Positions 20,082 to 26,650 of a stretch of 64,000 nt of DNA are shown one piece after another (the stretch's first letter is position 1; each line of letters opens with the position of its first letter). Under the pieces are notes generated by a model that worked only from the letters and a program-made list of their open reading frames with translations, was not told where the DNA came from and ran no database searches. Origin of the DNA: a virus; the IMG/VR virus record IMGVR_UViG_3300021171_000006, positions 1 to 64,000 of that record. One strand, 5' to 3'. The translations under genes were made by a program, and so were the position numbers.

Positions 20082-20114
20082 AACCCCGCCCTGAAACGAG
20101 CGGGGTTTTTGTTT
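20082..20114 (+). terminator. Intrinsic terminator (attenuator)
   Basis: AACCCCGC/GCGGGGTT stem plus T-tract; competes with pairing 20032-20044/20079-20091. Confidence 0.8.
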
Positions 20115-20207
20115 GACCATTGATCGAGCGACCCGGAAGGTGCCGTGGAATCCCGGCATCACAGAGCCGTATAGCCGGCCGCAGCGATCTTAGATTTTGT
20201 AATTTTC

Positions 20208-20281
20208 GGGGTACTCGTCCAATGGGAGGGCTCCTGTTTTGCAAGCAGGCAATCGGGGTTCGATTCCCCGGTACTCCACCA
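20208..20281 (+). tRNA. tRNA-Ala(TGC)
   Basis: Cloverleaf, G3:U70, CCA. Confidence 0.9.
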
Positions 20282-20285
20282 ATTC

Positions 20286-20359
20286 GCGGCCATCGTCTAA
20301 CGGCAAGACACGAGTCTGCCAGTCTCGGAATAGGGTTTCGACTACCCTTGGCCGCTCCA
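20286..20359 (+). tRNA. tRNA-Gly(GCC)
   Basis: Cloverleaf, U73, CCA. Confidence 0.85.
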
Positions 20360-20363
20360 ATAT

Positions 20364-20458
20364 GGGCGTCGGCTCTGGTGAGCGGGTGCGCCTTATAAGC
20401 GCGCGAGAGCGGGCGGACGGCCTGCAACGGTAGGGATCGTAACCCTAGACGCCTCCCA
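20364..20458 (+). tRNA. tRNA-Ile(TAT) with long variable arm
   Basis: CT-TAT-AA loop; V-arm GCGGGC/GCCTGC; C73; CCA. Confidence 0.75.
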
Positions 20459-20462
20459 TTTA

Positions 20463-20534
20463 TGCGGGTAGACCAAGGGTCCACTTAGGCTCATAACCTA
20501 GGAGGGGTCGGGGCAGTACCGACACCCGCAACCA
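20463..20534 (+). tRNA. tRNA-Met(CAT), fMet-like acceptor
   Basis: TGCGGGT/ACCCGCA; CT-CAT-AA; atypical T-loop. Confidence 0.75.
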
Positions 20535-20537
20535 TTC

Positions 20538-20613
20538 GCCCAGATAGCAAAGGTAGTCCTCGCGCGCCGTTGAAGGCGACGAAATCTTGGTGCGATCCCA
20601 AGTCTGGGCACCA
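20538..20613 (+). tRNA. tRNA-Phe(GAA)
   Basis: GCCCAGA/TCTGGGC; TT-GAA-GG loop. Confidence 0.75.
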
Positions 20614-20614
20614 C

Positions 20615-20689
20615 GCGGCTATGACCGATTGGCAAAGGTCTCAGTCTTCCAAACTGAAGTTCCGGGTTCGATTCCCGGTAGCCGCTCCA
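20615..20689 (+). tRNA. tRNA-Gly(TCC)
   Basis: Cloverleaf, CCA. Confidence 0.9.
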
Positions 20690-20696
20690 GTTTCAT

Positions 20697-20774
20697 TGGC
20701 GGGTAGCACTCAGGGTGAGCGCGTCCGGCTGTTAACCGGAATTGAGGTCGGTTCGATCCCGACCCCGCCAGCCA
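20697..20774 (+). tRNA. tRNA-Asn(GTT)
   Basis: Cloverleaf, G73, CCA. Confidence 0.9.
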
Positions 20775-20776
20775 TT

Positions 20777-20844
20777 ACCGCCGCGATCCGGGATCAACGG
20801 AGCCTCCAAAACTCCGGATGAGGGTTCGACTCCTTCCGGCGGTG
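20777..20844 (+). tRNA. tRNA-Trp(CCA)
   Basis: CT-CCA-AA loop; minimal D-arm; no encoded CCA tail. Confidence 0.75.
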
Positions 20845-20848
20845 CTAA

Positions 20849-20923
20849 GTCCCGATGGCAGAGCGGCAAATGCGCGGGTCTGCAAAACCCGTTACGCCGG
20901 TTCAACTCCGGCTCGGGACTCCA
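20849..20923 (+). tRNA. tRNA-Cys(GCA)
   Basis: Cloverleaf, U73. Confidence 0.9.
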
Positions 20924-20930
20924 GTTTGAT

Positions 20931-21005
20931 GGCGGGTATCGTCTAATGGTAGGACGGGAGATTGTGGATCTCCTAACGCGGGTTCGATCCCCGCTACTCG
21001 CCCCA
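20931..21005 (+). tRNA. tRNA-His(GTG)
   Basis: G-1:C73, cloverleaf. Confidence 0.9.
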
Positions 21006-21079
21006 GCCCGGTCAGCACGATGGCCGTGCAGCGGTCTTGTAAACCGCTGATGGGAGTTCGATCCTCTCACCGGGCACCA
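21006..21079 (+). tRNA. tRNA-Thr(TGT)
   Basis: Cloverleaf, CCA. Confidence 0.88.
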
Positions 21080-21162
21080 GACAAGAGGAGGGGGTATGAT
21101 GGTCAATCAGGACGACATTCGCCTTCTCCGGGAGATCACCGCGCGGCAGCGCGATGAGTTGA

Positions 21163-21237
21163 TGGGGATTAGCACACCAGCTAGTGCATCGGTCTCTGAC
21201 ACCGAGGAATCCGGGGCGGCACCGGAATCCCCTTCCA
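21163..21237 (+). tRNA. tRNA-Gln(CTG)
   Basis: CT-CTG-AC loop; T-loop GGCGGCA. Confidence 0.8.
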
Positions 21238-21245
21238 ACACAGAC

Positions 21246-21320
21246 GGCGGGTTTTCGAGTGGCCTCGACGCGAGTCCTTGAAATTCGTAGATCAGGGTTC
21301 GATCCCCTGGCCCGCTTCCA
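21246..21320 (+). tRNA. tRNA-Gln(TTG)
   Basis: CC-TTG-AA loop (C33); CCA. Confidence 0.75.
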
Positions 21321-21396
21321 CGCTCCTTCGGCTACTGGCTAGGCCGCCACCCTCTCAAGGTGGAGAAGTCGGGATCGAAACCCACAGGAGCGACCA
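21321..21396 (+). tRNA. tRNA-Glu(CTC)
   Basis: CCACC-CTCTCAA-GGTGG; CCA. Confidence 0.82.
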
Positions 21397-21402
21397 GTTT
21401 AT

Positions 21403-21477
21403 GCCCCGCTAGCCCAACTTGGTAGAGGCGCCTGATTTAGGATCAGGAGGTTCGGCGTTCGAGTCGCCGGCGGGGTA
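21403..21477 (+). tRNA. tRNA-Leu(TAG), short variable loop
   Basis: TT-TAG-GA loop; A73; no encoded CCA. Confidence 0.85.
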
Positions 21478-21478
21478 C

Positions 21479-21564
21479 GGAGGGCGCCGCTAAATGGCTG
21501 GCGACTGGTCCTGAAAACCAGGGTTTCCGAAAGGATAGGGGTTCGATTCCTCCGCCCTCCGCCA
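21479..21564 (+). tRNA. tRNA-Ser(TGA)
   Basis: Long V-arm, G73, CCA. Confidence 0.85.
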
Positions 21565-21569
21565 ATCAT

Positions 21570-21657
21570 GGAAGATGCTCGGGCTGGCTCCCGAAGCGGT
21601 TTGCTAAACCGTAGTGGCTCGCAAGGGCCAATGGTTCGACGCCATCATCTTCCGCCA
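21570..21657 (+). tRNA. tRNA-Ser(GCT)
   Basis: Long V-arm, G73, CCA. Confidence 0.88.
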
Positions 21658-21659
21658 CC

Positions 21660-21733
21660 GCCTTCGTAGCACAACAGCAGTGCGCCGCTTTGGTAAGGCG
21701 GAAATCCCGGAGCATCACCGGGCGAAGGCTCCA
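21660..21733 (+). tRNA. tRNA-Thr(GGT)
   Basis: TT-GGT-AA loop; T-loop AGCATCA. Confidence 0.82.
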
Positions 21734-21734
21734 G

Positions 21735-21818
21735 CCGTGGTGAAACCGCGAGGCTGCGGAACGTGTCTGTAAAACACGGCCCTTCGGGGGAGCTGTTCGA
21801 TTCGGCCACCACGGACCA
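21735..21818 (+). tRNA. tRNA-Tyr(GTA) with C1:G72
   Basis: CT-GTA-AA loop; V-arm; CCGTGGT/ACCACGG-A-CCA. Confidence 0.8.
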
Positions 21819-21823
21819 ATTTT

Positions 21824-21899
21824 GCCGGCGTCTTCCAACGGCCAGGAAGCCCGCCCGATAAGCGGGTAACGTTCGGTTCGACTCCGACCGCCGGTCCCA
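21824..21899 (+). tRNA. tRNA-Ile(GAT)
   Basis: CC-GAT-AA loop; C73; CCA. Confidence 0.85.
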
Positions 21900-21903
21900 G
21901 TAT

Positions 21904-21977
21904 GGGCTCGTAATTCAATGGTAGAATAGCTGGCTCTTAACCAGCCCATGAGGGTTCGATTCCTTCCGGGCCTACCA
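21904..21977 (+). tRNA. tRNA-Lys(CTT)
   Basis: Cloverleaf, CCA. Confidence 0.9.
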
Positions 21978-21980
21978 CTT

Positions 21981-22055
21981 GCGCCTGTCGCACTCTGGGA
22001 GTGCCGCCGCCTGTCTAGCGGATGCAGGAGGGTTCGATCCCCTTCGGGCGCGCCA
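21981..22055 (+). tRNA. tRNA-Asp(GTC)
   Basis: CT-GTC-TA loop; G73. Confidence 0.82.
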
Positions 22056-22056
22056 C

Positions 22057-22133
22057 CTGCGCGTTACGGTAGCGGCTAACCGCCCTGGTTTGGGACCAGG
22101 AATTCGGGGGTTCGAGTCCCTCCGCGCAGACCA
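22057..22133 (+). tRNA. tRNA-Pro(TGG)
   Basis: C1:G72, A73. Confidence 0.88.
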
Positions 22134-22138
22134 TTTTC

Positions 22139-22210
22139 GCCCTTCTCAGCGGACCTGGGCGCGGGTTTCCTAAACCTGCTGACGCGGTTCGACTCCGCGG
22201 AGGGGCGCCA
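22139..22210 (+). tRNA. tRNA-Arg(CCT)
   Basis: TT-CCT-AA loop; CCA. Confidence 0.82.
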
Positions 22211-22213
22211 ATA

Positions 22214-22291
22214 CGGGGTGTAGCTCAGTCAGGCCAGAGTGTCCGGTTCGGAACCGGAAGATCGGTGGTTCAAATCCACCCACCCCGACCA
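22214..22291 (+). tRNA. tRNA-Pro(CGG)
   Basis: Cloverleaf; A37. Confidence 0.9.
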
Positions 22292-22295
22292 ATTT

Positions 22296-22369
22296 GCCTC
22301 GCTCGTCTAATGGTAGGGCCGCTGGCTTACATCCAGCAGATGGCGGTTCGATTCCGTCGCGAGGTACCA
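22296..22369 (+). tRNA. tRNA-Val(TAC)
   Basis: Cloverleaf, CCA. Confidence 0.9.
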
Positions 22370-22443
22370 CGCGCGGTCGTCTAAGGAAGGACACTTGCCT
22401 TTCAAGCAGGGTAACGCGGGTTCAAATCCCGTCCGCGCGACCA
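22370..22443 (+). tRNA. tRNA-Glu(TTC)
   Basis: Cloverleaf, CCA. Confidence 0.88.
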
Positions 22444-22447
22444 ACTC

Positions 22448-22519
22448 GCCCTCACCAGTGGATCTGGCTTGGTGGCTACGAACCACCTATGCGCGGTTCG
22501 ATTCCGTGTGGGGGCTCCA
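22448..22519 (+). tRNA. tRNA-Arg(ACG)
   Basis: CT-ACG-AA loop; CCA. Confidence 0.85.
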
Positions 22520-22523
22520 TTCC

Positions 22524-22596
22524 GGGCTTAGCGCTGGGACGCGGGCGGGTCTTCTAAACTTGCCGACGCACGGTTCGATTCCGTGTAAGCCCACCA
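22524..22596 (+). tRNA. tRNA-Arg(TCT)
   Basis: CT-TCT-AA loop; CCA. Confidence 0.82.
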
Positions 22597-22597
22597 T

Positions 22598-22669
22598 GCG
22601 CTCACCAGCGGATCTGGCGTCTGGCCTCCGAAGCCGGAATGCGGCGTTCGACTCGCCGTGGGCGCGCCA
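22598..22669 (+). tRNA. tRNA-Arg(CCG)
   Basis: CT-CCG-AA loop; CCA. Confidence 0.85.
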
Positions 22670-22672
22670 TTT

Positions 22673-22749
22673 GGGCGCCTATGCAAATTGGCAAAGCAGT
22701 TTCGCTCAAAACGAAATGTATCAGGGTTCGACTCCCTGGGCGCCTACCA
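22673..22749 (+). tRNA. tRNA-Leu(CAA), short variable loop
   Basis: CT-CAA-AA loop; A73; CCA. Confidence 0.85.
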
Positions 22750-22750
22750 T

Positions 22751-22825
22751 GCCTCGCTGGTGTAACGGCAGCATATCCGGCTTTTAACCGGTAAGGACAG
22801 GGTTCGAATCCTTGGCGGGGTACCA
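22751..22825 (+). tRNA. tRNA-Lys(TTT)
   Basis: Cloverleaf, CCA. Confidence 0.88.
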
Positions 22826-22827
22826 TA

Positions 22828-22901
22828 GCTGGCGTAGCATAGCGGCAGTGCAGCCGGTTCGTACCCGGCCGACGCTGGTTCGAGTCCAGCCGCCAGCACC
22901 A
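22828..22901 (+). tRNA. tRNA-Thr(CGT)
   Basis: Cloverleaf, CCA. Confidence 0.88.
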
Positions 22902-22912
22902 GGAGCACCACG

Positions 22913-23485
22913 ATGTCATCCGCAGCCCGGAAGCTAGGATCGCTGCGGACGCTTGTGCTCAATGCCGATGGCCGCCCTCTGACGACTTGGCCGCTCAGCC
23001 TTGTCTCGGCTCAAGATGCGGTTTCGACGATCTGGCGTGATCGCGCCTACGTGGTCGAGACATGGGAGGATGCGTTCTTTCGTTCGCCCTCCGTGACGAT
23101 CGCGGTGCCGAAGGCGATGATGCTGCGCGAGTATGCGCACACCGGAAAGCACCCGAAGTTCTGCCGGGCGTCGATCTACCTGCGTGATCGGTTTACGTGC
23201 CAATTCTGCGGCAAGCGATTCGAGCGCTCCGAGTTGACGTTCGACCACCTGCTGCCGCGCCGGCTGGGCGGACGCACGGTATGGGACAACATTCTTTCGG
23301 CGTGCCTGCGGTGCAACGCACAGAAGGGCGACCGCACGGCCGAGCAAGCGGGCATGCGTCCGCTGAGCCTGCCGCGCCAGCCGACCACGGCAGAATTGCT
23401 ACGTGCGGGGCTTGAATTGCTGCCCAACGACATCCGCGACGATTTTGGTTCCTGGTTGTATTGGAACACACCGCTGCAAAGCTGA
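22913..23485 (+). CDS. HNH endonuclease associated with the tRNA array
   Basis: LVLNAD N-terminus; RDRFTCQFCG...TFDHLLPR..GG...N...CLRCN..KG. Confidence 0.9.
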   Translation: MSSAARKLGSLRTLVLNADGRPLTTWPLSLVSAQDAVSTIWRDRAYVVETWEDAFFRSPSVTIAVPKAMMLREYAHTGKHPKFCRASIYLRDRFTCQFCGKRFERSELTFDHLLPRRLGGRTVWDNILSACLRCNAQKGDRTAEQAGMRPLSLPRQPTTAELLRAGLELLPNDIRDDFGSWLYWNTPLQS

Positions 23486-23511
23486 TTGGGACGTGGTAGC
23501 GTTCTGCCGGT

Positions 23512-23928
23512 ATGGCCGAAGTAACCCCCTTCCCCGGTTCGCTCTCGGCCCTCCTTGAGACCGAGTTCACCCGGCTGCTCCAAGAGCTCGCCGGCAAGTC
23601 GCTGCGCGAGCGCGCCCGCATGTTGAACACGGCGACCGACTACCTGTTGCGAATGCAGGCGCTCGGCACCCGCGCCGACCACACGCTCGCCGACACGATC
23701 GAGGCGCAGTTTGTGGCATTGCTTACCGAGATCCAATCTGCTAAGGATGACGCCGAGGGGACGTGCGGCCTTACGGTAGCCGAGCGCATAAACGTAGCGA
23801 ACTCGGCTCTCGCGTTTCTGTCCAAGCGACGGAAACTCAAGAGGCACGACCTCAAAAGTGGAATCGACCTCCTTCAAAGCCAATTCCGCGACGCCCGTCG
23901 AGCTGGCCGGCGTCGAGGTGCTTCCTGA
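23512..23928 (+). CDS. Hypothetical protein
   Basis: Helical ORF with plausible codon usage. Confidence 0.55.
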   Translation: MAEVTPFPGSLSALLETEFTRLLQELAGKSLRERARMLNTATDYLLRMQALGTRADHTLADTIEAQFVALLTEIQSAKDDAEGTCGLTVAERINVANSALAFLSKRRKLKRHDLKSGIDLLQSQFRDARRAGRRRGAS

Positions 23929-24325
23929 GCGACCGCGCCGCGCGCCGTCATTGGTGCGCCCAGCTGAGGAGCCGACCCCCGCCTCGCCCGATACCAATGC
24001 CGTCCTGGCGCAGATTGCGCGGGTGCATGAACAGCAGCAGGCGCTCGCCGTCCATCTGACGCGCCAGACCCAACAGGCGCAGGCGCAGAGCCGCATCAAT
24101 CAGCAAGTCCTGGCCGTCACGATTGCTCTGACGCGCGTGCTCGCCGTCCGCTTTCTGCTCTTCCTGTCGCTCATCGGCGCCTTTGTGCTGGCGCTCGGGG
24201 CGATGCAGTTCCAGACGATCCCAGCAATCGCCGTACTCATCGCCTACGCCCTCCTGACAGTTGGCCCGATCGTGGCTTTGGAAATACGGCATGGCCGCGC
24301 GCTGCCGCCGCCGCAGGCCGGGTGA
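23858..24325 (+). CDS. Membrane protein (2 TM helices)
   Basis: Two hydrophobic C-terminal segments. Confidence 0.6.
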   Translation: MESTSFKANSATPVELAGVEVLPERPRRAPSLVRPAEEPTPASPDTNAVLAQIARVHEQQQALAVHLTRQTQQAQAQSRINQQVLAVTIALTRVLAVRFLLFLSLIGAFVLALGAMQFQTIPAIAVLIAYALLTVGPIVALEIRHGRALPPPQAG

Positions 24326-24328
24326 GCG

Positions 24329-24529
24329 ATGCCGTGGGATTCGCGGGACGCATCACGGTTTACGCGGAAGGCCAAGACGCCCGTTGCAAAGCGGCAATGG
24401 CGGCACGTCGCCGACAGCATGCTTCGCCGCGGCGCTTCGGACGGGTCTGCCGTGCGCGCGGCCAACGCCGTCGTTGCCAAGAGGCGAGATTCGTCCCGGT
24501 CCCGTCGTCGAGCCAGCCGGAGAAGCTGA
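24329..24529 (+). CDS. Small basic phage protein
   Basis: MPW...KRQWRHVADS...AVRAANAVV; TGATG coupling. Confidence 0.6.
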   Translation: MPWDSRDASRFTRKAKTPVAKRQWRHVADSMLRRGASDGSAVRAANAVVAKRRDSSRSRRRASRRS

Positions 24530-25188
24530 TGCAACTCGCCGGCTCCCGCGGACAGCAACAAAGAGATCACTACTATCGAGCGGACGGCACGATCGCCTCC
24601 GGGAACACCTCGCAGTTGCTGTTGCCCGAGCGCAAGAGCACCTCGTTTTTGCTGATTTCGAACAATTCCAACGGGGTGCTGTGGGCTGAGATCGGCGGCG
24701 CGCGCGCTACGGTCTCGATTTCCGGCGGCGGGTTGAACGTCTTTACGGTCACCAACGGCGGCTTCGGCTACAAAGTCGCCCCGAAGGTGTACCTGTTTGG
24801 CGGCGGCAGCGGCGGGAACACTTTGGCACCGGGCGTCGGGTTGGCAACGTGGCCCGCTCCTGGGGATGCAGGGTTCACCGCACCACGACAGGGATCGACC
24901 ACCGATCGGATTGGGAGGGCAAATGCCCTGCTGACCGGCGGCGTTGTGTCGTCGATCCTCGTCGACGATCCGGGTTCGGGCTACCTCGCCGCGCCATACG
25001 TCTTTCTCGAAAACAGCCCTCTCGACCCCTTCGGCTGCGCCGATCCTTATTTCGGCAGCGCCAATACCGGTTTCCAGATCGGGGTCGGCGGCAGCTATTA
25101 CGTCAACGGCACGCATTGCCCGACCGACGCCATCTCGATCTGGGGGGCGACGACAGGTCAGGCGTATTTTTGTGCGTGGGCACCCTAG
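24529..25188 (+). CDS. Virion appendage-like protein with GSGY repeats
   Basis: GGFGYKVAPKV and PGSGYLAAPYV motifs. Confidence 0.6.
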   Translation: MQLAGSRGQQQRDHYYRADGTIASGNTSQLLLPERKSTSFLLISNNSNGVLWAEIGGARATVSISGGGLNVFTVTNGGFGYKVAPKVYLFGGGSGGNTLAPGVGLATWPAPGDAGFTAPRQGSTTDRIGRANALLTGGVVSSILVDDPGSGYLAAPYVFLENSPLDPFGCADPYFGSANTGFQIGVGGSYYVNGTHCPTDAISIWGATTGQAYFCAWAP

Positions 25189-25202
25189 AGAGGGGAATTT
25201 TG

Positions 25203-25640
25203 ATGACGAAGCTCATCCTGCGGGCGCTTGGCGCAATCGCGCTCGTCGTCGCCCTCCTGGCGACGCACGGGGCCGAGGCCCAATCGCCAAATTTCTACCA
25301 GTGCCAGTTCACCTGGAGCCAGGGAGGGGTCAGCAACACCAGCCCCAATACGATCTGTCAACTCGACCCGAACCGTATGATCAACGGGGCCGGGGCCGCG
25401 GTTCTCCTAACGCTGTCGTCGGGTGCCAGCATGACGGCAACGGTTCAGATAACCGGAGACATCCCGATCAACCTCGCCGGCGGTGGAAACTGGAACAATC
25501 ACGACACGCTGGTCACCGAGACGACCTCGGCCAACGGGAACATCCAATACCCGGTGACCGGCATTCGTCTGAATGTTTCGAATTACGTCAGCGGCGTGGC
25601 GACCTTAACGGTCATCATGCCAGGTATTCCGCGGAGTTAA
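25203..25640 (+). CDS. Exported beta-rich protein (paralog of 28909-29334)
   Basis: Signal peptide ending AEA/Q; shared TICxLDP..VQxTGD..WNNHD..NGNI. Confidence 0.7.
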   Translation: MTKLILRALGAIALVVALLATHGAEAQSPNFYQCQFTWSQGGVSNTSPNTICQLDPNRMINGAGAAVLLTLSSGASMTATVQITGDIPINLAGGGNWNNHDTLVTETTSANGNIQYPVTGIRLNVSNYVSGVATLTVIMPGIPRS

Positions 25641-25644
25641 GCCA

Positions 25645-25926
25645 ATGAAGCGAATCTTGTTCGCGGGTTTGGGCGCTCTCGCCATCATGGCCGGCGCCGG
25701 CTCCGGTGAGGCACAGATCGGGGGCGCGGGGGTCGTGAGATCGACAGCGGCGACGCTCGGCTACCTGCAATTCTTTACCCCGCCGCCGCTGAACAATCAG
25801 TTGAGCGATACGCAGCTTTGCAAGGGGTGGCCGGTCCCGAGTTTCACCCAGCAAACGGGACTCGTGGGGGGATACGCGATCCTCTACGACGCCAGCGGCA
25901 AGCCTCATTATGTTCCGGGTTGCTGA
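25645..25926 (+). CDS. Small exported protein
   Basis: Signal peptide ending GEA/Q. Confidence 0.6.
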   Translation: MKRILFAGLGALAIMAGAGSGEAQIGGAGVVRSTAATLGYLQFFTPPPLNNQLSDTQLCKGWPVPSFTQQTGLVGGYAILYDASGKPHYVPGC

Positions 25927-25930
25927 GTTG

Positions 25931-26650
25931 ATGAACACGAAGCGCCCGCCCGCGATCATGATTGGGGTGCCCTCACCCGGATTCTGGAAAGCCAAGATGG
26001 GGGTCGACACGCTGTCGATGGCGCTGTGGGCGGCCTATCACGGCATTTATATCGAGGCGCGCGGCGCCGAGGGCGCTTACACCGAGGCAAACCGCAACAA
26101 CATTGTACGGGCGGCGCTCGACTACAAACACCCGATTGACGCGATCATGTGGATCGACGCGGATATGCGGGTTCTCCCGCAAACGCTGCTCCGGCTGTGG
26201 AAATATGGCCGGGACATCGTGGGTGCCAACTACCGCGAACGCGAGCCGCCCTACAGCCATCTCGGCAAGTTCTCCAACGAGCGGGACGCCAAGGCCAAAG
26301 GTGGCATCCATGAGATGGATCTGATGCCGGGGGGCATGATCCTCGTGCGCACAGCGGTTTATCGCAAGCTGTCGGCGCCCTGGTACAAGCTCGACGACGA
26401 CGGTTTGCGCGACGACTACTACTTCTGCACCAAGGCGCGCGAGGCTGGCTACAAGGTCTGGTGCGACATGGAGCTGACCCGCACCGTTCGCCATCGCGGC
26501 GACAACGATGTGTGGTGGTATGGGGAGGGCGAGGAGCCGGTCGCGAGGGCCGATCCGCGTCAGCCTGTCTTCGATATTCCGTCTCTGGTCGGGCGTGCCG
26601 GGCTAGAGAACGGGGCGGCTTTCCCGGCACCGGAGAAGGTAGCATCATGA
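25931..26650 (+). CDS. Glycosyltransferase-like protein (GT-A/GT2-like)
   Basis: IGVP, NRN, MWIDAD (DxD), DDYYFC..AREAGYKVWCD. Confidence 0.75.
   Translation: MNTKRPPAIMIGVPSPGFWKAKMGVDTLSMALWAAYHGIYIEARGAEGAYTEANRNNIVRAALDYKHPIDAIMWIDADMRVLPQTLLRLWKYGRDIVGANYREREPPYSHLGKFSNERDAKAKGGIHEMDLMPGGMILVRTAVYRKLSAPWYKLDDDGLRDDYYFCTKAREAGYKVWCDMELTRTVRHRGDNDVWWYGEGEEPVARADPRQPVFDIPSLVGRAGLENGAAFPAPEKVAS

Noticed and set aside
21479-21564. Selenocysteine or stop-suppressor tRNA
   Set aside because: Anticodon TGA reads UCA (Ser). No TCA, CTA or TTA anticodons are in the array, and TAG/TGA act as normal stops, so there is no sign of recoding.
20120-22962. ORF-track calls across the tRNA array
   Set aside because: They overlap clear tRNA cloverleaves and are spurious, except 21096-21281, which is reported as a finding.
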